DNA of 64,000 bases, from NCBI GenBank assembly GCA_900659855.1, contig CAACVI010000001.1, positions 113,179 through 177,178 on the forward strand, in the 5' to 3' direction. Source of the DNA: Candidatus Desulfarcum epimagneticum (GTDB taxonomy: Bacteria > Desulfobacterota > Desulfobacteria > Desulfobacterales > CR-1). Every line of letters begins with the position of its first letter. Within the stretch, counting starts at the first letter, position 1. The notes under the pieces were generated by a model. It was not told where the DNA came from. It ran no database searches and saw nothing but the letters and a program-made list of their open reading frames with translations. This document shows, one piece after another, positions 1 through 10,000 of this stretch. The translations under genes and the position numbers were made by a program.

Positions 1-35
1 ATCCGGCCTTCTGGTCCCCCCCGAAGCCGAAAGAG

Positions 36-983
36 ATGACGGGCCCGCTTTCTCCCAACACGCTTTTGAGAAACGCCGCGCTTCTGGCCCGGGGCAAAGT
101 CGATGGGCCGGAGGAAACGGCGGTGGACCGCCTGGGCCGCGTTTACGGCGGGACCCAGGACGGCAAAATCGTTCGGATTCTGACAGACGGGACCGTGGAG
201 ACCTTTGTCGAGACCGGCGGGCGTCCTTTGGGGATGCGATTCGACCGTCATGGAAGCCTGATTGTCTGCGACGCCTACAAGGGGCTTTTGTCCATCGACC
301 CCAAAGGCGCCGTCCGGGTCCTTTCCACGTCGGCCGAAGGGGTTCCCTTTTTGTTCACGGACGCCCTGGACATCGCCCGGGACGGGACCATCTATTTCAC
401 GGACGCCAGCTTTAAACACAACCAGAGTCAGTACATGCTCGACCTCCTGGAGGCGAGGCCCCGGGGTCGTTTTTTGGCCTGGGACCCGGCCTCGGGCCAA
501 ACCCGGGTTCTTTTGCGGGACCTGTATTTCGCCAACGGGGTGGCGCTTTCCCCCGGGGAGGATTTTGTTCTGGTCAACGAGACCTACCGCTACCGCATTG
601 TCCGTTACTGGCTCAAAGGGCCCCGGGCGGGAAAAAGCGATATCTTCATCGACAATCTTCCCGGCTTTCCGGACAACATTTCAGCCGGCGAGACCCAGGC
701 GTTCTGGGTGGCCGTTTTCACAGTTCGAAACAAACTGGCGGACCGGCTCCACCGGTTTCCTTTTTTAAAGGCCCAGATGAGCAAACTGCCCCGGGCGCTG
801 TGGCCCAGGCCAGAGCCCTATGGCCTGGTCCTGGCCCTGGATGAGAAAGGAAACATCGTCCGAAGCCTGCACGACCCCGGGGGAGACCGGCTCAAGGCCA
901 TCACCTCCGCCGTGGAGCATAACGGTTTTCTCTACCTGGGCAGCCTGCATAACGACCGTGTGGGGAAGTATCGGCTGCCTTAA
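36..983 (+). CDS. strictosidine synthase-like / SMP-30-gluconolactonase-LRE family beta-propeller protein; possibly 5'-truncated by the window edge
   Basis: 315-aa ORF with family-typical stretches (GRPLGMRFD, LIVCDAYKGLL, IYFTDAS, ANGVALS). The frame stays open upstream to the window edge, so the start is uncertain. Confidence 0.65.
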   Translation: MTGPLSPNTLLRNAALLARGKVDGPEETAVDRLGRVYGGTQDGKIVRILTDGTVETFVETGGRPLGMRFDRHGSLIVCDAYKGLLSIDPKGAVRVLSTSAEGVPFLFTDALDIARDGTIYFTDASFKHNQSQYMLDLLEARPRGRFLAWDPASGQTRVLLRDLYFANGVALSPGEDFVLVNETYRYRIVRYWLKGPRAGKSDIFIDNLPGFPDNISAGETQAFWVAVFTVRNKLADRLHRFPFLKAQMSKLPRALWPRPEPYGLVLALDEKGNIVRSLHDPGGDRLKAITSAVEHNGFLYLGSLHNDRVGKYRLP

Positions 984-1034
984 AGTGATACCCAAAACAC
1001 AGACAGGAATTTAAAATAAGAAAGGAATCATAAC

Positions 1035-2615
1035 ATGCATGTGACGTTTTACGGGGCGGCCCGGGAAGTCACAGGATCCATGCACCTGTTCTCCGCGGGC
1101 GGGGACCGGATTCTGTTTGACTGCGGCATTTTCCAGGGCCGCCGGAAAGAATGCGAGCATAAAAACAGGACGCTGCCCTTTGACCCGTCCATTCTCTCGG
1201 CCGTGGTCCTTTCCCACGCCCACATCGATCATTCGGGGCGGATCCCCATGCTGACCAAGGGGGGAAAATTCAGCGGGCGGGTGGTCTGCACCCGTCCCAC
1301 TGTGGCGGCCTGCGAGTATCTTCTCCCGGACTCCGCCCACATTCAGGAATCGGACGCCGCCTACCTGAATTACAAAACCCTGCGAAAATCCCTTTCCGGT
1401 ATGAAACAGGCTTCCGGAAACGGAAAATCCAAAAAAAGCGAGGAAAAAAAGATTCGGGAAATGCTCAAAAAAGGCTCCCGCAGGCCCGACATGGCGCTGG
1501 TGTCCCGGCTGATGAAAGAGCGCCGCATCGAGGTGGTCCGCCCCATCTACACCACCGACGAGGCCCTGGGCGCCCTTGAGCATTTTGACGGCTATCCCTA
1601 CCAGGTCCCCGTGAAAATAGGGGACCACATGACCTGCCGGTTTTATGACGCCGGGCATATACTCGGCTCCGCCTTCAGCGTGGTCCGGGCCTCGGAAAAC
1701 GGCAAAGCGCGGACCCTTTTATACACCGGGGACATCGGCCGTTTCGACAAGCCCATCATCAACGACCCCACCCTGGTTTTTGAAGACGAGGACCGGGACA
1801 TTGATCTGATGATCATGGAAAGCACCTACGGCGACCGCCTTCACGGCCCGGTGGCGGACTTAAAGCCCCGGCTCGGTGAAATCATCAGCCGTGTCGCGGA
1901 AAGGGGGGGGACCATTCTCATCCCCTCCTTCGCCTACGGGCGGACCCAGGAACTGCTTTATGTCCTGCATGAGCTTTACAATGAGGGCGGCGCCCCCCGA
2001 CTCCCGGTGTATGTGGACAGCCCCCTGGCCACCCACATCACCCGGGTCTTCGGCGAGCATCCCGAAAGCTATGACCGGGAAACCCATGAGACTTTTCTGG
2101 AAAAGGGCCTGAACCCGTTTTTTTTCAGCCAGGTCAAGTTTGTCGAATCCGTGGAGGAATCCATGGCGCTGATGCGTGACGAAACGCCTCACATTGTGCT
2201 GTCCGCTTCGGGAATGTGCGAGGCCGGGCGCATTCTTCACCATCTGCGTTACAAAATTCACAACCCGAAAAACGCCATCCTGATCGTGGGCTACATGGCC
2301 CAAAACACCTTTGGCCGAAAAATTCAGGAGCTGGGGGCCCAGCGCATGGAATCCGGGAAAAAGGGCCCGGCGCCCCTGGTGAAATTTTTCAACAAAACGT
2401 ATCCGCTCAAGGCCGATGTGTTTTCCATCGGGGGGTTCAGCGCCCACGCCGACAAAAACGAGATGCTGCGGTTTTTAAAAGAATCCAATCTCAACGTCAA
2501 AAAAATCGCCGTGGTGCACGGCGAAAACGATCAGTCCCTGTCCTTCGCCGAGACCCTCAGGAACGAGGGGTTCGAGGCCCAGGCCCCCATGCCGGGGGAA
2601 ACCATTGAGTTTTGA
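1035..2615 (+). CDS. MBL-fold metallo-hydrolase, beta-CASP (RNA-metabolising) family
   Basis: 526-aa ORF with the HxHxDH motif (SHAHIDHSG), an N-terminal FYGAAREVTGS and a C-terminal beta-CASP-like region (GGFSAHAD). Confidence 0.8.
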   Translation: MHVTFYGAAREVTGSMHLFSAGGDRILFDCGIFQGRRKECEHKNRTLPFDPSILSAVVLSHAHIDHSGRIPMLTKGGKFSGRVVCTRPTVAACEYLLPDSAHIQESDAAYLNYKTLRKSLSGMKQASGNGKSKKSEEKKIREMLKKGSRRPDMALVSRLMKERRIEVVRPIYTTDEALGALEHFDGYPYQVPVKIGDHMTCRFYDAGHILGSAFSVVRASENGKARTLLYTGDIGRFDKPIINDPTLVFEDEDRDIDLMIMESTYGDRLHGPVADLKPRLGEIISRVAERGGTILIPSFAYGRTQELLYVLHELYNEGGAPRLPVYVDSPLATHITRVFGEHPESYDRETHETFLEKGLNPFFFSQVKFVESVEESMALMRDETPHIVLSASGMCEAGRILHHLRYKIHNPKNAILIVGYMAQNTFGRKIQELGAQRMESGKKGPAPLVKFFNKTYPLKADVFSIGGFSAHADKNEMLRFLKESNLNVKKIAVVHGENDQSLSFAETLRNEGFEAQAPMPGETIEF

Positions 2616-2769
2616 TGGCGTCGTAAAAAAAATGCGTCGCAGCGCTTATTTTTAATCGAGGCATACTACATGTATTGCCTCAATTAAAAATAAGCGCCAC
2701 GCCTTGTGGCTTAAATTTTAGCACATGGAATTTTTAACTTAGCCATCCCAAGCTTTTTTACGAGTTTAT
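2616..2769 (+). mobile_element. MITE-like repeat copy C1 (hairpin type A plus TTAAATTTTAGCA module)
   Basis: Starts TGGCGTCGTAAAAAAAA directly after the TGA stop at 2613-2615 and ends TTTTTTACGAGTTTAT. Internal hairpin TTATTTTTAATCGAGGCATAC/GTATTGCCTCAATTAAAAATAA. Flanks GAGTTTTGA and CAATTTTGA match at 7 of 9 positions. Confidence 0.8.
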
Positions 2770-2791
2770 CAATTTTGAGGATTTTTAAAAA

Positions 2792-3235
2792 ATGAAACGA
2801 TACGAGGGCGTGTATAACTGGGACGGCTGGGGCGGCAAGCTTCGTCTGGCAAGCGGAAGCTGCATGCTCTGGATATTTGATTTCGCCGGTGAGAAAAAGA
2901 AAGACAATCTGATGTTTTTAAAACCCATTCTGGCCATCGTCCGGGACGTCCCCAAAACGTCGCCCTCTTTTGGGGAAGTGTCCATACGAAGCTGCGTCGG
3001 CCATATCGCCACATCCGTGGTCCGGGATTTCGGTCTGGACCCCCAGCGCATGCTGTGGGTGGAGCATTACCCCCGGACCCGTTACGGCTCGGGAGACGAG
3101 CGTCTCATCGAGGAGGCGTTTTTCCTCACGGACTTCGAGTGGTCCGAAGGCCGGGCGCTGAGCCCCAAAAGACGGGAGGCGAGCCCCGGCATGGCGGATC
3201 AGATCCGGGGGCTTTTAAAAAAGGGGGCTTTATGA
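2792..3235 (+). CDS. hypothetical protein
   Basis: 147-aa ORF with no recognisable motif. Its stop overlaps the next start in ATGA (3232-3235). Confidence 0.5.
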   Translation: MKRYEGVYNWDGWGGKLRLASGSCMLWIFDFAGEKKKDNLMFLKPILAIVRDVPKTSPSFGEVSIRSCVGHIATSVVRDFGLDPQRMLWVEHYPRTRYGSGDERLIEEAFFLTDFEWSEGRALSPKRREASPGMADQIRGLLKKGAL

Positions 3236-3567
3236 CTCAGAAAAATGACCTGGTCCTGATTTATTTCAAAGATGTTCCCACGGTTTTCGCCCGCGTCGAC
3301 CAGATTGACCCGGACCCAAAGCCCGGCTGGTACCATGTGACGCTGCTGTTTCTCCAGGTTCCCCTTCAGACGATGGTCTGGCTTCTTCGGGACGCGCAGA
3401 TCAACGGGGAGGAATTCACCATGGACGGGAACCGGATCCGCATGGAAAAAATACCCCCCTCCATTGAAAAGCCCCGCCGGGATGAGGAAAAGGAAGAGGC
3501 GAAAACGCCCCCGGCGTCGGGAAAGATGATCTCTTTGTCCGAAAGAAGGCCGAAAAAAAACCCATGA
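3232..3567 (+). CDS. hypothetical protein with a charged C-terminal tail
   Basis: Internal ATG of track ORF 3055..3567, chosen because it overlaps the upstream stop (ATGA). 111 aa; its stop overlaps the next ATG in ATGA (3564-3567). Confidence 0.5.
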   Translation: MTQKNDLVLIYFKDVPTVFARVDQIDPDPKPGWYHVTLLFLQVPLQTMVWLLRDAQINGEEFTMDGNRIRMEKIPPSIEKPRRDEEKEEAKTPPASGKMISLSERRPKKNP

Positions 3568-4490
3568 CGCGAGCCGGGAAAATCACGATTTCGGCGTCCC
3601 GCAGGACCGACATTCCGGCCTTTTACATGGAATGGCTCATGGACCGGATTGTCAACAGGGGTTTTTTTGAGACCGTCAATCCCTACAGCCGGAAAACCTC
3701 CGTTGTCCCGGCCGGCCCCGATCAAGTGGGGGCCATCGTGTTCTGGTCCAAAAATTTCGGCCCCTTTTTAAAGGAAAAGCGCGGGGAGACTCTGCTTAAA
3801 AAAGGCTTTCACCTTTATTTCCACTTTACCCTCAACTCAAAGGACCGTCTCCTGGAGCCCCGCGTTCCGCCCCTTGAGGACCGTCTGGAGCAGATGAAGG
3901 CCCTGTCGGAGCGGTTCGGCGCCCAAAACGTCAACTGGCGCTTTGATCCGGTGTGCTTTTACCGAACGAGCGGGAAATCCCGGCACAATCTGGCCGACTT
4001 TCCCGTCATCGCCGAAACGGCGGCCCGGGGGGGCGTCGCCTCGTGCGTGACCAGCTTCATGGACCATTATCCCAAAATCAGCCGAAGAATCCCCGCCCAA
4101 AGCGGCTTTGGTTTTTTCGACCCGCCTCTTTCCCGAAAGATCGAAACCGCCCTTCGCATGGAGAATCTTTTGGCGCCCATGGGAATCGCGCTTTCCCTGT
4201 GCTGCGAAAAGGCGGTCCTGGAGGGTCTGCCCGCCGAGTCGAATATTCAAAAAAGCGCCTGTGTGCCCAACGATTTTTTCATCCGGGAATTCGGCGGCCC
4301 CCTTTCCACTTCCCGGGACCGGGGCCAGCGGCCCGGATGCGGGTGCATGGTCTCGGTGGATGTGGGCGTTTACCATCTCCACCCCTGCCCCCATGACTGC
4401 CTGTTCTGCTACGCCAATCCCCAATCGGCCCGTCTCCCCGAAACCCCCGGGAAAAATCCGGGGAGGAAAAATGGAGGCCGTTTTCAATGA
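3564..4490 (+). CDS. DUF1848-like protein with a C-terminal CX3CX2C cysteine motif
   Basis: 308-aa ORF. The N-terminal ISASRRTDIPAFY resembles DUF1848 as I remember it. C-terminal CPHDCLFCYAN fits the CX3CX2C spacing. The stop overlaps the dus start (ATGA, 4487-4490). Confidence 0.65.
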   Translation: MTRAGKITISASRRTDIPAFYMEWLMDRIVNRGFFETVNPYSRKTSVVPAGPDQVGAIVFWSKNFGPFLKEKRGETLLKKGFHLYFHFTLNSKDRLLEPRVPPLEDRLEQMKALSERFGAQNVNWRFDPVCFYRTSGKSRHNLADFPVIAETAARGGVASCVTSFMDHYPKISRRIPAQSGFGFFDPPLSRKIETALRMENLLAPMGIALSLCCEKAVLEGLPAESNIQKSACVPNDFFIREFGGPLSTSRDRGQRPGCGCMVSVDVGVYHLHPCPHDCLFCYANPQSARLPETPGKNPGRKNGGRFQ

Positions 4491-5488
4491 AAATCGGTTC
4501 CGTGACGCTTGAAAATCCCCTGGTTCTGGCCCCCCTGGCCGGCATCACCCATCTTGCCTTTCGCTTCCTGGCAAAGGAAGAGGGCTGCGCCCTGGTGTGC
4601 TCGGAAATGATCAGCGCCAACGGCCTGGTCCGGGGCTCGGCCAAAACCCGTAAGATGCTGGAAAGCGATCCTAAGGAAAGGCCCCTTTCCGTCCAGATTT
4701 TCGGCTCCGAGCCGCCGGTCATGGCCGAGGCGGCCCGGATGGTGGAGGAGGCGGGCGCCGATATTCTGGACATCAACTTCGGGTGCTCGGTGAGAAAAAT
4801 CCTGAAAAGCGGCTCAGGCTCGGCCCTGATGAAATCCCCCCGAAACGCCGAGACGCTGATCAAAGCCGTTCGAAAGGCCATTCAAATCCCTTTGACCATC
4901 AAAATTCGGAGCGGGTGGGACCCCTCGGGGGAGGACGCCCTGAAAATCGCCGAGATCGCCGAAGACCAGGGCGTGGACGCCATCGCGGTTCATCCCAGGA
5001 CCGCCCGGCAGGGCTTTTCCGGAACCGCCGACTGGTCCGTGATCGCCGCCGTCAAGAGGGCCGTGTCCATTCCGGTGACGGGAAACGGCGACGTGACCCG
5101 CCCCGGGGATGTCTTGAGGATGATGGCCGAAACCGGGTGCGACGCCGTGATGATCGGAAGGGCGGCCATCGGAAATCCCTGGATTTTTTCCCAGGCCGCC
5201 GCCCTTTTAAAGGGGGACGAAACAAAGGAGCCGTCTTTGTCCGAGCGGTTCCGCGTCATGAAACGGTTCCTGGAGGGCTGCGTGGCGCTTTTCGGGGAAA
5301 AAAACGCCTGCCGCATGATGCGAAGCCGTCTTCCCTGGTTTGTCAAGGGGCTTCCCCACAGCTCCCGGTTCAGAGAATCGGTCAAACAGGTGTCCAGCCA
5401 AAAAGAGGCCGGGGAGCGGATAGAGTCCTACCGGGGTTTTTTAGAAGAGCGCCGCCCCGGCCCTCAGCCGCCTTCCGACGCCGGATAG
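4487..5488 (+). CDS. dus: tRNA-dihydrouridine synthase (Dus family)
   Basis: 333-aa ORF with a typical Dus N-terminus (LENPLVLAPLAGIT), DINFGC and AVHPRTARQ motifs. Confidence 0.85.
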   Translation: MKIGSVTLENPLVLAPLAGITHLAFRFLAKEEGCALVCSEMISANGLVRGSAKTRKMLESDPKERPLSVQIFGSEPPVMAEAARMVEEAGADILDINFGCSVRKILKSGSGSALMKSPRNAETLIKAVRKAIQIPLTIKIRSGWDPSGEDALKIAEIAEDQGVDAIAVHPRTARQGFSGTADWSVIAAVKRAVSIPVTGNGDVTRPGDVLRMMAETGCDAVMIGRAAIGNPWIFSQAAALLKGDETKEPSLSERFRVMKRFLEGCVALFGEKNACRMMRSRLPWFVKGLPHSSRFRESVKQVSSQKEAGERIESYRGFLEERRPGPQPPSDAG

Positions 5489-5906
5489 GCCGCCGACACC
5501 CGGGCGTCGATCCCCCCCCGGGCGGTGAATTCCCCCGTCACTTCCATTCTTTTGGGTTTGATCCTTTCACACAAATCGTCCAGTATCCGGTTGACCACAT
5601 GCTCATAAAAAATCCCCACGTTCCGGTACTGAAGCAGGTAATACTTCAGGGATTTCAACTCGATGATTTTTTGATCCGGCGTGTACCGCACGGAAATGGT
5701 CGCGTAATCCGGAAGACCCGTCATGGGGCAGACCGATGTGAACTCGGGCTGGCGAATCACGATATCGATGTCTCTTTTCCCGCTGTAGGCGTAGTCGATG
5801 GGATCGAGAATCCCGGCCTTCACAGAGCCGGGATCTTCAATGGCATAGGGCGGTTTGGGGGCGGCTTTTTTTGCGGTCATGGCGAAACGCTCCTCACATG
5901 TCTTCA
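5450..5906. repeat. left copy of a 457-bp direct repeat (whole queF, its 5' leader and the last 13 codons of dus)
   Basis: By-eye alignment to 16436-16892 shows the same length, no indels and about a dozen substitutions. Confidence 0.9.
5464..5880 (-). CDS. queF: NADPH-dependent 7-cyano-7-deazaguanine (preQ0) reductase, unimodular type, copy 1
   Basis: 138-aa ORF with catalytic-Cys context VCPMTGLPD and the QueF motif ELKSLKYYL. Converges on dus and overlaps its 3' end by 25 nt. Confidence 0.9.
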   Translation of the reverse strand: MTAKKAAPKPPYAIEDPGSVKAGILDPIDYAYSGKRDIDIVIRQPEFTSVCPMTGLPDYATISVRYTPDQKIIELKSLKYYLLQYRNVGIFYEHVVNRILDDLCERIKPKRMEVTGEFTARGGIDARVSAAYPASEGG

Positions 5907-5921
5907 GTATACGCGCAATCG

Positions 5922-6338
5922 CTATTTCTTCGCGCCGGCCACCTGAAACTGATCCTCAAACATCACCTGGGCCGCAAACCATTGGTTTTTTGATTTGTAA
6001 AAATAAAACTCCCACAAAACAGGATGACGCTCATGCCGGGCGAGTTCGACAATTCTTACCAAAGACGGGGAAAGCGCCTCTGTGTGTATATTTTCAGTTC
6101 CGAGAAATGAACCGTAAAGCGCCTGGACTGAGCCTGCGCGCTGTTTCATAAGGGTGAGCTGCTCGGCCCTTTGGCCCGACAGCGGATTTTTGGAATAAAG
6201 TTTGTCAATCGCCACCGCTTGTTTTCCGGCCGAATAGTCTTTGAAAAACGCGGCCACCTGTTCCTTGGGTTCGCCATCATACGCATGGGCCCAGGAGGCC
6301 ATTAACAATATGATCAGTATCGTCGCCAACCTTGCCAT
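5922..6338 (-). CDS. secreted hypothetical protein
   Basis: 138-aa ORF with an N-terminal signal-like segment (LATILIILLMASWAHA). Same strand as the RHS gene and downstream of it. Confidence 0.5.
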   Translation of the reverse strand: MARLATILIILLMASWAHAYDGEPKEQVAAFFKDYSAGKQAVAIDKLYSKNPLSGQRAEQLTLMKQRAGSVQALYGSFLGTENIHTEALSPSLVRIVELARHERHPVLWEFYFYKSKNQWFAAQVMFEDQFQVAGAKK

Positions 6339-6452
6339 AAATGCTTCTTTCCGTGTTTGAATTCTGGTTGAAACCTTGATGCGGCCCCGCCTACCGGGGT
6401 GGAAAGATGTTGCGGGCGCGTGAAAAATCGATTTTTTTAAAGCCGGCCGGCG

Positions 6453-6947
6453 TCAGTCCATGGCCTCAAGGTCTTTTTTGATGATTCCGGCTAAAAATTT
6501 CCAGGTGATGGGTTTCATGTCGTTGAGGGCCTTTAAAAACTCCAGGTTTCCCTGGTCCGGGAAGACGATCTTTTTCCCGTCCAGATTAAAGGTCAAATAA
6601 AGATTCCTAATCATGGAATTGATATTTTGAGTTTTTGCAATCATATCTTCTTTTCTGCACATATAAAAAACAATCTCTTTTTTTTCAGGATCGATTTCCG
6701 CCTTATACGCAAAGTTTCGGAAGCCTATCACTATCATCAAATAAATAGACAAAAAAATCGGAAAAAGAGCCATTAATGATACTCGAAATGCCGGGCCAAA
6801 ACCGTCATCGTGAGCATACCAAAGCCCGATGCCAATGAAAGACAGCCCTAAAATTTGGCCCACATATCTGATTACATAAAAACCGAATTTCCCGTTGTTC
6901 ACCACAATGCGTTTCTCTTCGTTCTCAACGTATGATTGATCCATCAA
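6453..6947 (-). CDS. small membrane protein; candidate immunity protein for the RHS C-terminal domain
   Basis: 164-aa ORF with two clear hydrophobic spans (GQILGLSFIGIGLWY; LMALFPIFLSIYLMIVIGF). A/T-rich. It is the first gene downstream of the RHS stop, after a gap of about 97 bp. Confidence 0.5.
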   Translation of the reverse strand: MMDQSYVENEEKRIVVNNGKFGFYVIRYVGQILGLSFIGIGLWYAHDDGFGPAFRVSLMALFPIFLSIYLMIVIGFRNFAYKAEIDPEKKEIVFYMCRKEDMIAKTQNINSMIRNLYLTFNLDGKKIVFPDQGNLEFLKALNDMKPITWKFLAGIIKKDLEAMD

Positions 6948-7044
6948 TCTTATCCCTCCTTTCCGCTTTCAGAGCTACATTTCCCGCCCTTCCCGCACAC
7001 GTCCGGGCACGGGCGGGAAAGGCCTCGCAATCATGCCGCTACCC

Positions 7045-10000
7045 TCAAGGGCCTATATCGCCCATATCGCTATCATCACTCTTCTGGTTGCCGGGAGAAG
7101 TCTTGCCATCCCCTCCTCCTTTGCCCCCGGCCTGGCTTTGCGGGGAGGCGCTTTGGGCCCCGGCCGGGCCGCTTTTTTCCTCGCGCCCCATGCCATGACG
7201 GGCTTTGGATTTTTTCGACCTGCCAAATAACTCCCCTAATTTCCCAAGGACGCTGGCCTTAAAACTTGTGGTCGCGCCCAAAGCTTTTTCAGCGGTTCCG
7301 GCGAACTTGGTTGCTGGACCCGCCATTTTTGTCACCATGGCTCCAGGAACGGCGGCTATCGGTCCAGTCACCGCGCCACTCTTCGCTCCCTCCCAGGCCC
7401 CTTTTACCGCGCCTTTCGTCACGCTTTCGCCTTTTTCCTGAGCTTCAAGTATGCCAGCGGCGGCGCCTCCGGCCGCCCCGGAAGCAGCCCCTGTAGCCGC
7501 TGAATCAATCGTCGCTGCCAGCGTAGCCCGGGCGGCTGTGGCCGCGCCTAAACTGCTTGTGCCAGGACTGACAAACCCAAGCGCAACTCCTACAACCCCG
7601 CCGACAATGCCGCCCACAACAGCGGCCTTCATATTGCCATCGGTGGTCATCATCCCGGTAGTGAAACCCGTGACCGCGCCGACAAATCCGCCGAAGATCG
7701 CCCCGGCGACACCCACATGCCCATCCGGATCCGTGTATATCAAAGGATTGTTCAGGCAGTAGGAATACCGGTTCAATGACTGGGGATTATACACGTCCGG
7801 CACGATGGTGTCCGGGGTGACAAATCGCCCGATGACCGGATCATACAACCTTGCGTCATAATTGTAAAGCCCGGTGGAGGTGTCCAGCTCCTGATCGGTG
7901 AATTTGTAGTCCGACACAACCGAGCCGGTATGGGCCCTCATTGAGCCAAAAGGCATATACTCCGATGTCTCGACCGCTTGAGCCCTGTTAGCAGGGGGCA
8001 TGCCAAGAAACCTCCCGTCTGTGGTAACCGACGAACTGCCAAGATGGTCTTTATGAAAATAATGGACGGTTCCTCCGGTTGTTGTGCTTGGTACGATTTT
8101 GGCGATGCGCAGGTTGCCCGCGAAAATATATTTCACCGGGCTTCCATCGTTAATCTCGTAATTTTCATTGATGTACAAGACCGTGCTTCCCCCGGTGACG
8201 GCTTTTTTCACACGCTTTCCCTCGCCGTCGTATTCAAAGGTGGTGTCTGTCGTCGCGTCATTGACACACCTGGCGATTCCGGCGGGCATGTTTTCCTCAT
8301 TATAAGATATTGTTCTTCGGGCTACTTGAGCGGGATTGGTAAAATCCCATCCGAAATTCATATTTCCATTTTGATCATATTGAAAAGTATATGTCGTTCC
8401 GCCGTTCAAAGTGATCGATCCCACAGCATGGCTGTGGGCGGCGTCATATGAATAAGCAAACTGATTCGTCCCGACCGTTTTTCTCAATATATTTCCTATG
8501 TCATTGTAAGTCAGGCTGACGCCAGAGTCATCACCGCCGTTATTGGTTTTGGTTTCTTGAACAAGCCTGTGGAGATCATCATAAGAATACGTGTATGTGA
8601 CGCCGGCCAAATGATCTTGTATAGAAGATATGTCTCCAGCAGGAGTGTAGGTGTACGACTTGTCCTGCCTGAGTTCATAGTGAGGGTCTTCTAGGCGGAC
8701 ACTCGTGGCTCCCCTGCCTCTTGATGTGGTGATGCGTGTCAGTCTCGTGGACAATGGATTGTACTCATATTTGGTGAATATGCCGTTGTTATAAGAAATG
8801 AGGCCCGGTTTTCCGTCCGGCGTATATTGGTAAAAACGTGCATGCGTGACGCTGTCTGAAGACCCAGTCCCCCATCGCCCAACCACAGCGCTGATAAGAC
8901 CGGAACCATAAACATGGCAGTACACAACCGTATAACCACCAGGATACGTCATTGACGTGAGTTTCCCGGAGAAATCGTAGACATATGAGGTGACGTAGGG
9001 GTTGCTCCGGATGTTTTTTGTCACTTTCGTCTTTCTTCCCATTTGATCGTATTCATACGTGTGTTTAACATCTATTAGTATTTTTCCATTCGCCCTCAGA
9101 TTTGCCTTCAATATACCTGCTAATCTTCCTTTTCCATTTGGAGACTGATCATATAGATAAACATAAAAACCGCTGTTTCCAACGGATTTCCCATCAACCC
9201 TGTTTAAGGAGTCGTATGTGAATTTTATGATCTGTCCTTTGGCATCCGTCTGCTTTTTAAGGTTTCCGTTCAAATCATATTCGTAGCTCCAGGTTCCCAA
9301 ATCCGGATCAATCATTTGAGTTTTTCTGCCAAGCGTGTCATAATGATTTTCAGTCTCGTTTCCATCATGATCGTAGATATTCAGCAAATCCCCTGCGGCA
9401 TTATACGAATATCCTGTGTTCGTCCGGTCAGCGCCCATATGCTCTATCACAAGTATAATTCTGCCCAGATAATCCGTCTGTTCGGATCTTTTTCTGTCAT
9501 CGGGATCGGTCACAGTCGTTTTTAATCCACTGTATGCGTAGGAAGAAGCGATGACGGCGCCCGGGGCGGCGTCAGGAGCCGGATCCGGCTCCTCCACCCT
9601 GGAAAGCCTTCCACGGTGATCGTAGACGTTTCGAACATATGGATACTCTGAAGGAAGCGACGCCTCGGCGCCGGTGGCCGCTGTAAAATTCGTGCTGAAT
9701 GCCGGACCTTCAGTCAGATGATTTCTTCCCATATTATCATAGTGGATCTTTGTTAAAATGGTTTTAGCCACAGCCGGTCGAATAATCGGGTCGTTTTCCC
9801 CGAAGGTCACAATCCGTATCACCCTCCCCAGACCGTCAAAATATTCGTATTGATCCACTGTTTCGACGGTCGCTGTTGGGCTCCCGGTTTCCTTTATCTG
9901 CGTAAGCAAATAGGCGGGCGAAAAAACCCCTACTATTTCCTGATATTCAGTGTATGCGATTGTCATTTGTCCGTCGTCGGGATAATCGATCCGCACAGGA

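Noticed and set aside
4783-5946. The ORF track contains many long antisense or alternate-frame ORFs. Examples are 4783..5946, 22813..23826, 55708..56598, 39170..40123, 40735..41724, 31243..32337, 53198..53992 and 49726..50388.
   Set aside because: They overlap well-supported genes and have Arg/Gly/Pro-rich low-complexity translations typical of shadow ORFs in GC-rich DNA. They also lack recognisable motifs.
7205-7762. Several plus-strand ORFs lie opposite the RHS C-terminal domain (7205..7441, 7266..7496, 7451..7762).
   Set aside because: They are complements of a Gly/Ala-rich coding tract, giving Pro/Ala-rich low-complexity translations. They are shadow ORFs.
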